The notes below the pieces were generated by a model that saw only the letters and a program-made list of their open reading frames with translations, did no database searches and was not told the DNA's origin. A DNA stretch of 27,705 bases from a virus (lineage: Duplodnaviria; Caudoviricetes). The position numbers and the translations under genes were made by a program. How positions within the stretch are numbered: the first letter of the stretch is position 1; every line of letters starts with the position of its first letter. The DNA is taken from positions 1 to 27,705 of IMG/VR virus record IMGVR_UViG_3300017754_002116; one strand, 5' to 3'. Shown here one piece after another: positions 26,642 to 27,705 of this stretch.

Positions 26642-26998
26642 CTAGCCCGCGTCGCCCTTCGACGCCTTCGCAGCGGCCTTCACCGCAGGCGACAGAAGCG
26701 CGGCGGGCGCGCCGGTCGCCATTTCGACCTTGTCCAAGAAAGCCTCGTCGACGCCAGCCAGCCCGCGCAGATGCTCGGCCAGCGCGTGACGTCGCTTCAT
26801 GTGTGGGTCGGCGAACAGCGTGTCGCCAAGCACGGCGTTCCGCGCGGCCTGCGCCTGTTCAAGCAGATCGGCGGCGGCGCGATAATTCTTCGCCGCGGAA
26901 TTCAGCGCGCCGTCGTCGAGATAGACACCCGCCAACTGAAGCTTGTCGGCGGCTTCGCGCGCCGCCTTCTGCCATTCGGAAATTTTGCGCTTGCTCAT
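26642..26998 (-). CDS. Hypothetical helical protein
   Basis: AAAGGA upstream of the ATG at 26998; Ala-rich helical sequence. Confidence 0.7.
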   Translation of the reverse strand: MSKRKISEWQKAAREAADKLQLAGVYLDDGALNSAAKNYRAAADLLEQAQAARNAVLGDTLFADPHMKRRHALAEHLRGLAGVDEAFLDKVEMATGAPAALLSPAVKAAAKASKGDAG

Positions 26999-27003
26999 GT
27001 GTT

Positions 27004-27579
27004 CTAGTCCTTTCGCCATTGGGGTCCGCCCCGTTCATAGTCCAAAGCGTAACCGATGGGGCATTCATGCGCGCCCCACGGGAACGAATACAGTTCCGCC
27101 ACACGCGCGGAGAGTGGCGCGACCTCGGCATCCGCGAAGGTCCGCGCCGTTCCTTCGCCTGCGCCCTGAACAATCGTCTCGATGCTGTCTTCGAAGTGGA
27201 ACATCAGGTCGTGTTTATAGAGGAAGCGAATGAACGCCTTCGCCTGTTCGATTGACAGGATCGGCGTCGCGATCATTTCCGCCCAATCCTCTGAACGCGC
27301 GTGCGCGGACTTGCTGACGCCGACAGTGACGATAGTCGCGCGCATGTTGATCGCGTCGGCCAGCCGGTCAGCCGGGCCGCGCAGTTCGCCGACGGCGACG
27401 CCGCACGCAAGCGCGAAGTGACCCGGCTTCGACGACAGAAGTTCATCGACGATCAGCCGGGCCTGCGGATCGAAACCGGGCTGTTCGATAAGCTGCGCGA
27501 TATCTGTCGCCGTCGCCTGTAGGCGATGGATCAGGGCGACAAGCTGAAAGGCATTCTGGATTTTCTGAACGTCGCTCAT
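27004..27579 (-). CDS. Hypothetical protein, 191 aa
   Basis: AAGGA RBS; ATGA overlap with the upstream gene; normal composition. Confidence 0.75.
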   Translation of the reverse strand: MSDVQKIQNAFQLVALIHRLQATATDIAQLIEQPGFDPQARLIVDELLSSKPGHFALACGVAVGELRGPADRLADAINMRATIVTVGVSKSAHARSEDWAEMIATPILSIEQAKAFIRFLYKHDLMFHFEDSIETIVQGAGEGTARTFADAEVAPLSARVAELYSFPWGAHECPIGYALDYERGGPQWRKD

Positions 27580-27705
27580 GCTTCGTATTCCTTCAGGGTT
27601 TCCGGGGTCAGGGTCAGGGCGTCGGCGGCGATGGCTTCGTCGATTTGCTTGAACAGCGTCGCCGTCACGCCGTTCTGATCGGGCCAGCTATGGAAGACCC
27701 CGGCA
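27576..27705 (-). CDS. 3' end of a hypothetical gene running off the window
   Basis: Open minus frame ...VFHSWPDQNGVTATLFKQIDEAIAADALTLTPETLKEYEA-stop, whose TGA overlaps the next ATG. Confidence 0.6.
   Translation of the reverse strand, partial: AGVFHSWPDQNGVTATLFKQIDEAIAADALTLTPETLKEYEA

Noticed and set aside
1-27705. Apparent scarcity of GANTC (CcrM) sites
   Set aside because: It looks depleted by eye, but I cannot count it reliably, and depletion would be expected for an alphaproteobacterial phage.

Overview
GC-rich window holding almost the whole late (morphogenesis and lysis) operon of a long-tailed dsDNA phage or prophage, probably infecting Alphaproteobacteria. The + strand order is: likely cos-proximal end, two small ORFs, a structured leader, terS, terL, HK97-type portal, collagen-like protein, ClpP-type (S14) prohead protease, HK97-fold major capsid protein, a putative decoration protein, a glycan-modification cassette, head-tail joining genes, tail tube, G/GT chaperones, tape measure, an RcGTA-like tail tip (DUF2460, DUF2163 hub, NlpC/P60, phage tail protein, DUF2793) and a lysis block (M15 peptidase, holin-like proteins, lipoprotein). 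A terminator and convergent minus-strand genes follow. The most striking feature is a canonical -1 frameshift signal (G GGA AAC at 8822-8828 plus a long GC-rich stem 5 nt downstream). It would fuse a small capsid-associated protein to an otherwise start-less Maf/DUF115-like glycosyltransferase domain, the first gene of a GT-GT-methyltransferase-KpsS-like cassette inside the head module, making this a candidate capsid-tethered virion glycosylation system. Also notable are two in-frame amber codons inside presumably essential genes (terS and the tail hub) and a strand-biased repeated motif AGATCCAGT. All family assignments come from motif recognition and gene order, not from database searches.
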